A stretch of DNA of 62,651 bases, the filler included, from Barthelona sp. PAP020 (Eukaryota): the NCBI GenBank assembly GCA_040182905.1. It is 8 parts of 8 records of this genome, joined end to end, with 100 filler letters (N's around TTAATTAATTAA, not from the genome) between each part and the next. Parts side by side here need not be neighbours in the genome. Positions count along the whole stretch, not along the records: positions 31,608 to 39,330 come from JARQWU010000482.1; positions 39,431 to 47,130 come from JARQWU010000483.1; 6 more parts are not named here. One strand, 5' to 3'. Positions 32,094 through 42,310 of this stretch are shown here, piece by piece. Positions within the stretch are counted from its first letter, which is position 1; each line of letters starts with the position of its first letter. The position numbers and the translations under genes were made by a program. The notes beneath the pieces are model-generated. The model saw only the letters and a list, made by a program, of their open reading frames with translations. It searched no databases and had not been told where the DNA came from.

Positions 32094-33521
32094 TCAAGGA
32101 AAAGCAGATCCTGGTAAAGATTTGATAAAATTCTTAAATTTTGCTAAACTTTGTTTTAAGTTGTCATTTATTTCAGGCATTATAGCCAAATGAATTCTAT
32201 TTAACAATTGAATTCCATGAATCCAATGATTTTCAAATCTTAAATTCACACTCATATTTAATTTTTTGTTCATTACAATTTTGTTGATTTTGTAATTTTC
32301 TTCAGCCACAATAGTGTTAAATTTTTCATCCAATTCTTTATTGTCAATCAAATACTCAGCAATAGTATGCATTAATTCATCAGTCAACATATTGTCATTT
32401 ATTTCAGATTCAACCAATAAATTATACGCTTTATGAAACAATAAATTTAAAATTGTTTTGGAAACATAATGAGATTCAGGTGAGATGTTGAAAACATTTC
32501 CAGTATTCAGATTGACATAAAAATAATATAAATTTTTAGATTGAGGCTGAATGTTTTGAAAATATGGCTTAGATTTTAATAAAATATTCGTCAATTCAAA
32601 AGTATGCTCCATCATAACTTTTTCAAAATTTTCAATAGAATATTCCACAATTTTATCATTTGGCAAACAAATGATATTCCATAATCCTCTACCATCTTGA
32701 AATAATGATAATTTGTAAGCAATTTCATCAATATATAATGAAATTGAATTATCCATATCTATTACATTGTTTGAACCTTTTAAACCACATAACATGCCAC
32801 TTTCAGTTGGATATGATGGTTTACCAAAAAAAGAATTCAATAACAATAAAATATCTTGATAAATAGTGTTTGAAAAGGTGGAATACACAACATTGTCATT
32901 GAATATTAATAAACAAGGGATATTATCTTGAAATAAATCATACAAAAAAATTGAATTAACAGAAATTATTTCGCTAAATATTTCACGATTGTGGGGGAAA
33001 AATTTATATCCATGTAATATGTCTATAAAATTATTTGGAATATTGATTGAATATTCAAAAAGTTTGGAAAATATTGATGACAAATTTTCATTGATTGTAT
33101 TATCATCATTTGTTGTAAAAAATGTATCAACGCATGGTATTAATAACAAAAAAATTCTAATATAATCATTTAAAAAGGTTTGCACAGCATTTTCAAAAAA
33201 TCCTTTATTATAAATTATATTTTCGGTTTTGGTTTTAATCCTAATTGTTTTAAAACTACAAGCTATCCAAAAGTTTGGATATATTTGATGAAAAGCTATT
33301 ATATCATCTTCTGAAACAAAAGTCTTAACATCAGTCAAATCAAATATTTTAGAAACTTCAATTATTGCTCTTAAATTGTTTACATGTTCTATTTTTTTAG
33401 TTTTGGGAGCTAAATCGGGAAAATAATATCTAACATTTTTTAAACATCCTTCATCAGTATCATCATTCGTTTCACCTTGAACATTAAATACTATAAAATA
33501 ATCTAATTTGATTTGATTCAT
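32094..33521 (-). CDS. CCZ1: CCZ1-like longin-domain protein (Mon1-Ccz1 Rab7 GEF subunit)
   Basis: N-terminus LDYFIVFN...VRYYFP...KIEHVNNLRAIIEVSKIF matches the CCZ1 longin-1 pattern. Confidence 0.7.
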   Translation of the reverse strand: MNQIKLDYFIVFNVQGETNDDTDEGCLKNVRYYFPDLAPKTKKIEHVNNLRAIIEVSKIFDLTDVKTFVSEDDIIAFHQIYPNFWIACSFKTIRIKTKTENIIYNKGFFENAVQTFLNDYIRIFLLLIPCVDTFFTTNDDNTINENLSSIFSKLFEYSINIPNNFIDILHGYKFFPHNREIFSEIISVNSIFLYDLFQDNIPCLLIFNDNVVYSTFSNTIYQDILLLLNSFFGKPSYPTESGMLCGLKGSNNVIDMDNSISLYIDEIAYKLSLFQDGRGLWNIICLPNDKIVEYSIENFEKVMMEHTFELTNILLKSKPYFQNIQPQSKNLYYFYVNLNTGNVFNISPESHYVSKTILNLLFHKAYNLLVESEINDNMLTDELMHTIAEYLIDNKELDEKFNTIVAEENYKINKIVMNKKLNMSVNLRFENHWIHGIQLLNRIHLAIMPEINDNLKQSLAKFKNFIKSLPGSAFP

Positions 33522-33670
33522 TTTCTGTTTCGTTTAGGGAAAAAAAATATTTCTTATGCTTATTTACCTTTTCAAATCACATATTAAAGCATACAAACAA
33601 AAACAAATAGAATCAATTGTTAATCAAATAAAAGATACTTAACAAAAAAGACACAAGAATAATATTTACA

Positions 33671-35644
33671 CTACACTAAAAGACCATCTAATTTTACTAA
33701 CAACTCATTAGTTTCATTCATCAATAAAACAGCTTCTTCTTCTTCTTTTGTAATTTTGGAAAAGAGCTCTTTACGACTATCAAAATCGTAAACACTACTT
33801 TGGTATCCATTATTCGAAAAGTTTGCACAGTCAAAAAAAGAATTTTGTGTTGATTTAAGATTCATTGATGCAATTGGATTACTTACAGGTATTAATCTAT
33901 TCTTGCTCCTACTTGGAGGCATAAACTTTTCATCAGCATTAATATTTCCATCATAATTGAGTTGATTGTAATACATGGAATTGTGATCAATTCCCGATGA
34001 AAAATTGTCAGCTTCAAAGACTTTTTGTAAATTCTCTTTGCTTTTTGGTTTTTTTAAACCTGAATCAATTGAATCACTCCTTTGAACTTTTGGTTTGGCA
34101 GAAGAGGTTAATGAAGCAATAAATTCATTGGTTTCTTCATCAATTTTTTTTTGTTTCAAGTCACTATCTGATGAATATTGTGTAGATACCGTTTTCATAT
34201 TATTTTTCTTTGCTTTTTTGAAGAATTCAATCACATCTTTTAATTGAACATTGATCTCTTCTGAATCCTTCAATTTTTTTTTGACTTCCATAATTTCCTT
34301 TTCTAAATCACGAACTTTTAACTCTGAATCTAATTTTAATCGATCAATTTCAGTTTTAAATTTATTTTCAATTTTCCTTAATTGTTCTTCTCTTTGCATC
34401 AATAACCTTTGTTGTTCATTAACTATTTTTTTTTGTTCAGTTACAATATCAGTATTAGAGGATAGGTCTTTTTCCAATTTGTCAATATGACGTTCCTTTA
34501 TCTCTAACATGTGTTGATATTCTATATTTTTTTTTTCCAAAGCTTCTGTTAATTGAGTTTTCTTTAAATCTTCTTTTTGCAAATTTTCGAAATTTCGGTC
34601 AAAAGTTTCAAGTTTTTTCTTTAAATTAAAAGATTCAACTTCATATTCATTCAATTGTTTCTTTAAATCATCAATGGTATTATCTTTAAGAACAATTAAT
34701 TCATCAACTTGACGATCAGTTTCGTAATATTCTTCATAACTTTGTAATTGAGTCTTTAATTGTTTTTGTAAAGTTTCATAACTCATCAGCTTTGTTTCCA
34801 TTATACTGATATCAATTTTTAAAGTCTTATTTTTATTTTCCAAAATTTCAAATTGTTGTTCATATTGTTGATTTTCAATTTCAATTGCTTCATATTGTTC
34901 TTTATAATAACTCAAACTTTTATTTGTTTCAAGTTCAAAATATTTGTTTCTAAGCATTGATTCCAATAATTTTTGGCGATATTTATTCAATATCTCAGAT
35001 GTTTCTGCACCATTACCTATGCACTGCTCTTGTACTTTGACGAATACTTGCAGACTTTCTATTGTTTTATTCAAAACATCGATTTTATCTTTTAAAGCCT
35101 CATTTTCATTATATAAATTTCGTATCGTCATTTTTGAAGTAATTTCATCAGAATTCAAAGATAAATTATCCTTTAATTTGTTTTTTAATCGCGTAATTTC
35201 TTCATTCAAAACTTCATTTTCTTTTGAAACCTTTATATAATTTTTTCGAAGATTTTTTTTTTCAATCTCTTCATTTTCAATGTCAAAATTTTGTTCAATC
35301 ATTTTTGAATCAAATAAATCCATTTTTTCTTGGTGAGTTATTGGTATTCCATCTAAAATCTGCAATTGAGGTAACCTTCGAATAACACTATTTCTATAAT
35401 CATAAATTTTTGTAATGGGATTGTTCTTAAGAGACAATTCTGTCAAACTAATAAATTGGCTCAATAAAGTTATATCTTCAATCTTACTTATATTATTATC
35501 ATTTAATTTTAATCTTTTCAAACCAACTAAAATTGGCAATGTTTTTAAATCATCAAGAAAATTGTTTGAAAAATCTAAAAAATCAACATTCTCTTCATCT
35601 TCTAATTCAGGTATTTGTTTAAGTTGTAAATTACTGAATGTCAT
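33671..35644 (-). CDS. SDS22-type LRR plus long coiled-coil protein (centrosomal/basal-body type)
   Basis: LDFSNNFL, LKLNDNNI, LSLKNNPI, LRR cap YRNSVIRRLPQLQILDG; E/K/Q heptads. Confidence 0.8.
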   Translation of the reverse strand: MTFSNLQLKQIPELEDEENVDFLDFSNNFLDDLKTLPILVGLKRLKLNDNNISKIEDITLLSQFISLTELSLKNNPITKIYDYRNSVIRRLPQLQILDGIPITHQEKMDLFDSKMIEQNFDIENEEIEKKNLRKNYIKVSKENEVLNEEITRLKNKLKDNLSLNSDEITSKMTIRNLYNENEALKDKIDVLNKTIESLQVFVKVQEQCIGNGAETSEILNKYRQKLLESMLRNKYFELETNKSLSYYKEQYEAIEIENQQYEQQFEILENKNKTLKIDISIMETKLMSYETLQKQLKTQLQSYEEYYETDRQVDELIVLKDNTIDDLKKQLNEYEVESFNLKKKLETFDRNFENLQKEDLKKTQLTEALEKKNIEYQHMLEIKERHIDKLEKDLSSNTDIVTEQKKIVNEQQRLLMQREEQLRKIENKFKTEIDRLKLDSELKVRDLEKEIMEVKKKLKDSEEINVQLKDVIEFFKKAKKNNMKTVSTQYSSDSDLKQKKIDEETNEFIASLTSSAKPKVQRSDSIDSGLKKPKSKENLQKVFEADNFSSGIDHNSMYYNQLNYDGNINADEKFMPPSRSKNRLIPVSNPIASMNLKSTQNSFFDCANFSNNGYQSSVYDFDSRKELFSKITKEEEEAVLLMNETNELLVKLDGLLV

Positions 35645-35841
35645 AGCATTAATTAAGCTTAATCCATAAAAAAAAAAATACTGACCGATAATTCAATCGT
35701 TTCATTTTTTTTCTTTCATTCTCATTTGCTCTTTTATAAATTTGTAGCAATAATTTCACATTTTTTGACAGAAAATCGTCTCAATCAAAATATTAATCTC
35801 ATATTTTTTTTTTCTTTTTTCATTAAAATTTCTTTATTTTT

Positions 35842-36327
35842 ATGTTAGTATTTGTTAATGTTTATGATTTGACCCAAGGTTTATCGAAAACGATGATTAG
35901 TTCTCTTTTAGGAACTGATATTCCAGCAATATATCATACAGGCTTAGTTTTAGAACATGAATATTATTTTGGCACTTCAAATTCTCATACTTTGTATCCT
36001 GGTGATATTGGAAAAGATACTATCTCCCAAACACCTTATGGTAACCCAATTGAAACTCTTTGTTTTGGTAGCACTGAGATAGAAAATGATATATTTGAAC
36101 AATTTTTACTGAGTGTTGCTCCTGAATTTTCTGCCGAAACTTATCACTTAATTGATCATAATTGTAACCATTTTACAAATGAAATGATCAAATTTCTAAC
36201 AGGAAAAGAATTACCTGACAGAATTTTAAAACAACACATTCCCATTTTACAATCACCCCTTGCTCAACAGTTTAGACCAATGATTGATCAATTTCTATCA
36301 TTGAATCCTACTCATTGGGGATTGTAA
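35842..36327 (+). CDS. DESI1: PPPDE/DeSI family isopeptidase
   Basis: VNVYDL, IYHTG (catalytic His), YHLIDHNCNHF (catalytic Cys). Confidence 0.9.
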   Translation: MLVFVNVYDLTQGLSKTMISSLLGTDIPAIYHTGLVLEHEYYFGTSNSHTLYPGDIGKDTISQTPYGNPIETLCFGSTEIENDIFEQFLLSVAPEFSAETYHLIDHNCNHFTNEMIKFLTGKELPDRILKQHIPILQSPLAQQFRPMIDQFLSLNPTHWGL

Positions 36328-36479
36328 TTGTGAAAATAATATGTAAATTTGCTTTTTTCTTGTTTTGTTGGCATTTGTTTTTTTCTCCAAAAAAAATAAT
36401 ACAAAACAAAAAACAAAATAAAAAAAAGAGAAGTCATTTATGTGACAATGATCAAAAACAAACCGAAAGTGCAAGGAGC

Positions 36480-37085
36480 CTAAAATAAATCATCATCTAC
36501 GTCAGGATTGAGATTCATGTCTCCAGATCTAACCACTGTATCTAAGTTGGACATATCAAAAACATCAGAGGTAGACTCCCTCTTTACATAGTTCAATTTT
36601 TTGGTTTTTTTCTTCTTCTTACCCATTTTGTCCTTTCTCTCCTGAATTTTTCTAGTCTTTATTGAACTGACATGGGCAGTAACGGAAGCTAGTCTGTCTG
36701 TGTTTAATGGCTCACAGATCTTTGAAAGGATTGAATTGACAAATGTTAAATAGTTGGGGTTTCTTCCAAAAGAAGCAATCTTCTCACCAAGTGCAGCAGC
36801 ATAATGCTCAAAATCTTTGGCAGTTTGAGGAATGAACATGTTTAAATTTTTAGCATCATCCGCATCTTGATTATCACCTAAATCACCAAACAGATCTGCT
36901 GTTGCTTCAACATCTCCTTGCTGCTCCATCAATTTACGATCCTCCTCATGATGAACGGTCGTTTGATCTTCATCCTCATCAGATGCCTCATCAACTTCAT
37001 TCATATCATCAATTTCTTCTTCCCAATCAAAATCATTGCCAGCATCAGCATCATCCCACTCACCAGCGTCTTCCCAATCTGACAT
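36480..37085 (-). CDS. EIF3J: Translation initiation factor eIF3j
   Basis: Acidic W-containing N-terminus (DWED, DWEEE), ADLFG, PQTAKDF, basic KKKKK, C-terminal DDDLF. Confidence 0.85.
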   Translation of the reverse strand: MSDWEDAGEWDDADAGNDFDWEEEIDDMNEVDEASDEDEDQTTVHHEEDRKLMEQQGDVEATADLFGDLGDNQDADDAKNLNMFIPQTAKDFEHYAAALGEKIASFGRNPNYLTFVNSILSKICEPLNTDRLASVTAHVSSIKTRKIQERKDKMGKKKKKTKKLNYVKRESTSDVFDMSNLDTVVRSGDMNLNPDVDDDLF

Positions 37086-37144
37086 TCTGTGATTAAGTAG
37101 TACCTAACTAAAAAAAGTAAAAATGATTCTGTCTTTTTTTCGAG

Positions 37145-37471
37145 ATGTCCACAACTTCTGATGAGTTGCAACAGTATGAAAAACAATTATACGAGTTAGA
37201 AAATGATCTGTTTGAGGAAGAGAAGAACTATCTCAAGACTAATTGGACAAGTGGATGTGTAATCACTGGTTTTGTTCAATACGATTGTGAAACCAAAGTA
37301 ACTCAAACACCAGTCATTCCAGAACGATTTCATTTATTTTCAGCGAGCTCCATTGAGAATCCTCATTTGCAAAAGAATATAACCTCAGCTTTTGATCAAA
37401 GGCTCATGTGCATTCATCAAACAAAGGATCCAACAGTCGATATTGCACCCCCTTTGCCCCCAAACAGCTGA
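37145..37471 (+). CDS. EAF6: Eaf6/MEAF6-like NuA4 subunit
   Basis: LENDLFEEEKNYL...GCVITGF...HLFSASS matches Eaf6 LExxIYxxExxYL..GNIIxG..RxFSxSS. Confidence 0.7.
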   Translation: MSTTSDELQQYEKQLYELENDLFEEEKNYLKTNWTSGCVITGFVQYDCETKVTQTPVIPERFHLFSASSIENPHLQKNITSAFDQRLMCIHQTKDPTVDIAPPLPPNS

Positions 37472-37813
37472 CAGAAATTGAATAAGAAAAAATCTTCATT
37501 TTATGACACCATCCACTTGAACCTTACAAAAACCCAAGATGGCAGATTTTATGTGGCAAACATATTGATGTATTTAATTTTTATTTGAAATCCGCAAGTA
37601 GCATCAATTGTCTTATTCGTTAAGGAGTAAACTCTGCATTTATTTTGTATATTTTTTGTTTTAAAGAGGAACAACAGTGAGGAAACAATATTGCAATGTA
37701 CAAAACAAAAAAGCACCATGATTTTAAACGAAACTTTAAAGATTTGACAACATCATGAAAAGAAAATGTCATTGACTAAAATTCATGAAGTATTCAACAG
37801 AAAAAAAAATCTT

Positions 37814-38923
37814 TTACAATTCACGACGCGAAGCCCATCGATCAATCAACAAAATTTCATTCATTTTCTCAAAATAACAACGAGCCAATTCAATCATGAA
37901 CCACATTTTTTCGTGCATATCACGAAATTTAAAAATAACAAGATGATCTTTGGTATTGTTTGTCATTTCAATTCCTACAGTTATTGAATCTAAAGTTGGA
38001 TGATTTTCTGAGTCTTCTTCCTTTAACCTTTTCTCAAGTTCAACGTGATCTTCATGAACAATGTTGATATGAGTTCTCATAACTGGCCTATCCACATAAA
38101 CACATTTGATATCTTCAATGTTTATTGAATTTTTCAACTTATCAATTTTTAAAAGCGATTTATGGAGTCCTAATGATAAAATTCGATTGTTCGACAGGGC
38201 AATTAATCTGACTTTATTTTTATTTTTACCAGAAAGAATAGAAACCCATGCTACATGTTGAAGTATTTCATCATCTTCCTCTTTATCAGCTCTTACCAAA
38301 TAAGGAACTTCAATTTGTAATTGTCTAACCATAAACAGCAAACGATGTGTTCCATTAACAAATGAAATACAATCAGCAATATTCTCAGCAAAAAAATGAA
38401 CACTAACAACAGCGCAATCATCAGAAGGTTGACCCACAATAAAATCATTTGCATGAAAGAAGGGTTTTTCATAACTTTGGTGAAATTTAGATTTTGAACG
38501 ACTTTCTATCTGACCATTGTTAAATAAACATTGTATATGTAAAAAAAAACCACTCATGTGAGTTTGATCAATATGTATTCTTTCAATAGTTCTGATATCG
38601 TGACGTAATATGATTTTTTGTGTAATACTGTCGAATAAATACATGCTTTTATCAGTAAACATTAATCTCATGATTCTATCATCATCGTTTCGCACGTACC
38701 CTTCAAATACAAATGTTTCTTCATTTTTGTGATATATTTCAGAGAAGGGATATTGTTTGATATTTTGACTAGGCAACAAATAAGTGATTCGATTTCGTTT
38801 TTCACGCTCTTTCTCAGCTTGTTTCAATTTCATGACTTCAATAATATCTGAATCCATATCGAAATCTTTTCGAGTTTTTCGTCGTTGAATGGCTGTAACT
38901 CTGCGTGAGTTATGACTACTCAT
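37814..38923 (-). CDS. Hypothetical protein with two probable PH-like domains
   Basis: 369-aa ORF; RLMFTDKSMYLFD and RLIALSNNRILSL strands each followed by a terminal helix. Confidence 0.6.
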   Translation of the reverse strand: MSSHNSRRVTAIQRRKTRKDFDMDSDIIEVMKLKQAEKEREKRNRITYLLPSQNIKQYPFSEIYHKNEETFVFEGYVRNDDDRIMRLMFTDKSMYLFDSITQKIILRHDIRTIERIHIDQTHMSGFFLHIQCLFNNGQIESRSKSKFHQSYEKPFFHANDFIVGQPSDDCAVVSVHFFAENIADCISFVNGTHRLLFMVRQLQIEVPYLVRADKEEDDEILQHVAWVSILSGKNKNKVRLIALSNNRILSLGLHKSLLKIDKLKNSINIEDIKCVYVDRPVMRTHINIVHEDHVELEKRLKEEDSENHPTLDSITVGIEMTNNTKDHLVIFKFRDMHEKMWFMIELARCYFEKMNEILLIDRWASRREL

Positions 38924-39430
38924 TTAAAATAAAGATGAAAAATCTATTGATATGATTTTTTATGTCAATATTTATGCTTTGTTTGCATTCCAATAATATT
39001 AAATTAAAATTTTTTTCATATTTTAAGTAAATTTCTGATTATTCCAAAACAATAATTTTTTATTTTTCAATGTTTGGATTTTTTGACAACTTAAATAATT
39101 TAATTGTAATATAAAATAGTTGGAACATAAATTTTTACCATTATATTGCATAGAAATGCAAAATGCGGGAAAAAATTTTCCTGCGCAGGAAAAATTTTCC
39201 TTCCCATTTTTGGCAAATATGAATTTTTTTTTTTCACATAAACATACTTTTTGATATAGTACATCACTTCTAAAAATGCCAAAAATGAAAACTGTCACCG
39301 GACATGGTACCGGTATTAAGCATCCCCGTANNNNNNNNNNNNNNNNNNNNNNNNNNNNNNNNNNNNNNNNNNNNTTAATTAATTAANNNNNNNNNNNNNN
39401 NNNNNNNNNNNNNNNNNNNNNNNNNNNNNN

Positions 39431-39549
39431 TGAGAAATATCACTTACTTCGTCAAGAGGAAAATAGAAGTATGGTTCATCCGCATTTCCAAACAATAAAT
39501 TTTCATCCTTAACATTGATTTTTCCCCAAGAATACCCATCAGTGTTCAT
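39431..39549 (-). CDS. SSRP1: FACT subunit SSRP1/Pob3, N-terminal fragment cut by contig end
   Basis: MNTDGYSWGKINVKDENLLFGNADEPYFYFPLDEVSDIS aligns to the SSRP1 GWNWG...LSF...PVFEIPLSNVS segment. Confidence 0.7.
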
Positions 39550-39598
39550 GTCTGTGATCTTTTAAAAAAAAAAAAAATACTTCATTTTTTATTCTTTC

Positions 39599-39820
39599 AT
39601 GGTACATTTATTCTCCTTTGAAGGACTATTCATCATGCTCTTTTTAATAATTGGATGTTCTACAATTGCAAGAAGATCAGATAGATTAAAAAAATTTTTA
39701 TTAAATGATAGAGAAGGTGCTTTTTCATTATTTCATAAAGCATCAATAATCGGATTGAAATTGCATTATATAGTTGCTCCAATTTGTGCGCTTTTTGCAT
39801 TGTATATTCTAATAAGATGA
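39599..39820 (+). CDS. KSH1: Protein kish (TMEM167/Ksh1)
   Basis: 73 aa, two hydrophobic helices, LFSFEGL...G..SLFHKASIIG pattern. Confidence 0.8.
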   Translation: MVHLFSFEGLFIMLFLIIGCSTIARRSDRLKKFLLNDREGAFSLFHKASIIGLKLHYIVAPICALFALYILIR

Positions 39821-39967
39821 ATTTGTTTTTACATGTTTTGTATGGTCTATTTTTGTAGAAATGTTTTTACACATTTTAATTATAACTCACATAAATTTTT
39901 TTTCATCTGGAAACATAAAAGTTTTTTATTCACCATTATTTATTGTTTTATCAATTTTTAAGGAAAA

Positions 39968-41053
39968 ATGGAAGATATATATGTTGTAATAATATCGTTT
40001 ATTGGATGTGCAATGAGTTATTATGTTTGTAATCATTTGATAGAGAAATTTGCCCCTAAATTTTTGAAAAGTGGTGTGTATGGAATTGATTTAAACAAAA
40101 TTAAACCAGGTGAGGACCGAACCGACAAACCTAAGATACCAGAATCATTAGGTACTGTTGTTGGAGTTGTATATTTATTGACCACTATTATTTTAACTGG
40201 TATTACAAATCAAGAATTCTATCACAGAGTTGAATATTTTGCTTCAATTTTATCAATAACTTTGAACTTATTTTTAGGATTTCTTGATGATATTGTTGAC
40301 TTGTCTTGGAGACACAAAATATTCTATTCATTTGTTGCCTCTATTCCCTTATTACTTTCATGGGATTCGTCAACCACAATATTGCTTCCAACTTTTTTGG
40401 ATCCTTTACAAAAAACGTCATTGAATATTTCTTTCTTTTATTTAGCCTACATAGGTGGGTTATTTATGTTTTCAACTAACGGGATTAACATTATGGCTGG
40501 AGTTAATGGGTTGGAAGTTGGTGAATCTTTGGCTATTGCTCTTGGTTGTTTATTACACAATGCAATCAAATTGACCAATGAAAGTGAACATGACAATGCC
40601 TTGTTTTCCATTCTAGTGTTATTACCTTTTGTATTTTGTTGTATTCCTCTCTACAATAAAAATAAATTTCCAGCAAAGGTTTTTGTTGGTGATTCCTTTA
40701 CTTATTTTGCTGGAACTGTCCTTGCTGTTGCAGGTATTCTTGGACATTTCTCCAAAAGCTTATTTGTTATGTTGGTTCCACAACTATTCAATTATCTGTA
40801 CTCTTTACCCCAATTGTTAGGATTTATTCCTTGTCCAAGGCATAGATTACCAACAGTTAGAGAAGATGGATTGTTAGAAGGAGATAAAGATAAATGGAAT
40901 GTTGTAAATCTTGTTTTAAGAATTTTTGGACCAATGACAGAAGAAAGATTATGTAGAATTATTGTAAACTTTCAAATTGTTTGGTGTCTATTTGTAGTAA
41001 TTCTTCGAAATATTATTGCTCAATTTCATTGGTTATATCCTGAAACAGTTTGA
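39968..41053 (+). CDS. ALG7: UDP-GlcNAc:dolichyl-phosphate GlcNAc-1-P transferase
   Basis: GIDLNK, IPESLG, LGFLDD, INIMAGVNGLE, PAKVFVGDSF, PCPRHRLP. Confidence 0.96.
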   Translation: MEDIYVVIISFIGCAMSYYVCNHLIEKFAPKFLKSGVYGIDLNKIKPGEDRTDKPKIPESLGTVVGVVYLLTTIILTGITNQEFYHRVEYFASILSITLNLFLGFLDDIVDLSWRHKIFYSFVASIPLLLSWDSSTTILLPTFLDPLQKTSLNISFFYLAYIGGLFMFSTNGINIMAGVNGLEVGESLAIALGCLLHNAIKLTNESEHDNALFSILVLLPFVFCCIPLYNKNKFPAKVFVGDSFTYFAGTVLAVAGILGHFSKSLFVMLVPQLFNYLYSLPQLLGFIPCPRHRLPTVREDGLLEGDKDKWNVVNLVLRIFGPMTEERLCRIIVNFQIVWCLFVVILRNIIAQFHWLYPETV

Positions 41054-41283
41054 TAATAATATTAATAAAGATTTAAAAATGTTTATTTTTCGATTTAAAT
41101 AATGGTTCATGCAAAAGACAAATCTCTCATTCAAGTTATCCCAAAAAATATGTTTTAATTATCATTTTATATTATTTGGAGTTATAAATTTGGTTTGCAA
41201 AAAGCAAATGTGAAAAGACCACGAGTGATTCTTAGAAAGTCTTTTCAAAACCAAAATACTCATAATTTTTTTTAAACCCAATT

Positions 41284-41902
41284 ATGACTTCTTGTCCAAA
41301 AGTTGTATTTCTTTTAGGACCTCCTGGTGCTGGTATTAACTATTTTATGAAAATATAACTAATATTCAGGAAAAGGAACTCAATCAATTATTTTGAAAGA
41401 GAAACATCAATTTATTCATCTTTCTGCTGGTGATTTGTTACGTGGAGAAATGGCTAATAATGGTCCCAATGCTGAATTAATTTCAAACATTATTAGAGAT
41501 GGTAAATTAGTTCCAGCTGAAATTACTATTGAATTATTAAAGAGAGCTATGGAAGAACAACCAGGAAAATCATTTATTATTGATGGATTCCCAAGATCGA
41601 TTGTTCAAGCTGAATTGTATGCTAAAATTGTTGGGAATTTAGGGATTTGTACCATCAATTTAGATGTTCAAAGCGAATCTGTTTTAATTGAAAGATTATT
41701 AAAAAGAGCAGAAACCTCTGGTCGATCTGATGATAATATTGACAGTATTAGGAAACGATTCAGTACATTTAGAAATGAAACATTTCCAGTCTTTGAATAT
41801 TTAAATCAACATGGCAATTACATAATTGTTGATGGTGATGATACAATTGAAAAAGTTGCAGAAAATATGATGGAAGCTCTTCAGCCATTTAGTCTTTTAT
41901 AA
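41284..41902 (+). CDS. UMP-CMP/adenylate kinase; exons 41284-41332 and 41370-41902
   Basis: Splicing a 37-nt GT..ACTAAT..CAG intron restores P-loop LGPPGAGKGTQ; HLSAGDLLR, IDGFPR, GRSDDN. Confidence 0.93.
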
Positions 41903-42310
41903 ATATATTGAAAGTAAAGCCATTTTGATGATTGTTTTGAATCTTAAAAAAATTTTAAAAAATATTTTTTTTTTTGTTGTTTGTTGTTGTTGTTTTCCAA
42001 AGAATCTTCTAAAGTATTCAGAATTGGTGATTTCAGTCTTTATTTCATTTTTCAAGTGTGTTTTAATTGTTTTCAAGCAAAAGAAAAAGCGAAATGACAA
42101 AGTTTGAAAAACAAATAACAAAATTTTATTACCCAGTGTGCCAATCATTCAAAGATTGGTTGTCTCTTATGTAAAAATATTGACCCTGTGAAAAGAAGCG
42201 AAAAATGTGCAAACAAACCAAGTAATCATCGTTAAATTTCTTAACATAAATTCACTAATCATCGACGGTTTCACCACTTTTTTAATTAATAAATGAAAAA
42301 AATATGTAAT

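Noticed and set aside
26489..33521. Endolysosomal gene cluster (CLEC16A + CCZ1)
   Set aside because: Separated by an artificial linker
35634..35705. Possible upstream exon (ATG 35705) and 52-nt intron for the LRR gene
   Set aside because: Restores frame but lacks the CTAAY branch point and the size of the four supported introns; unresolved without RNA-seq
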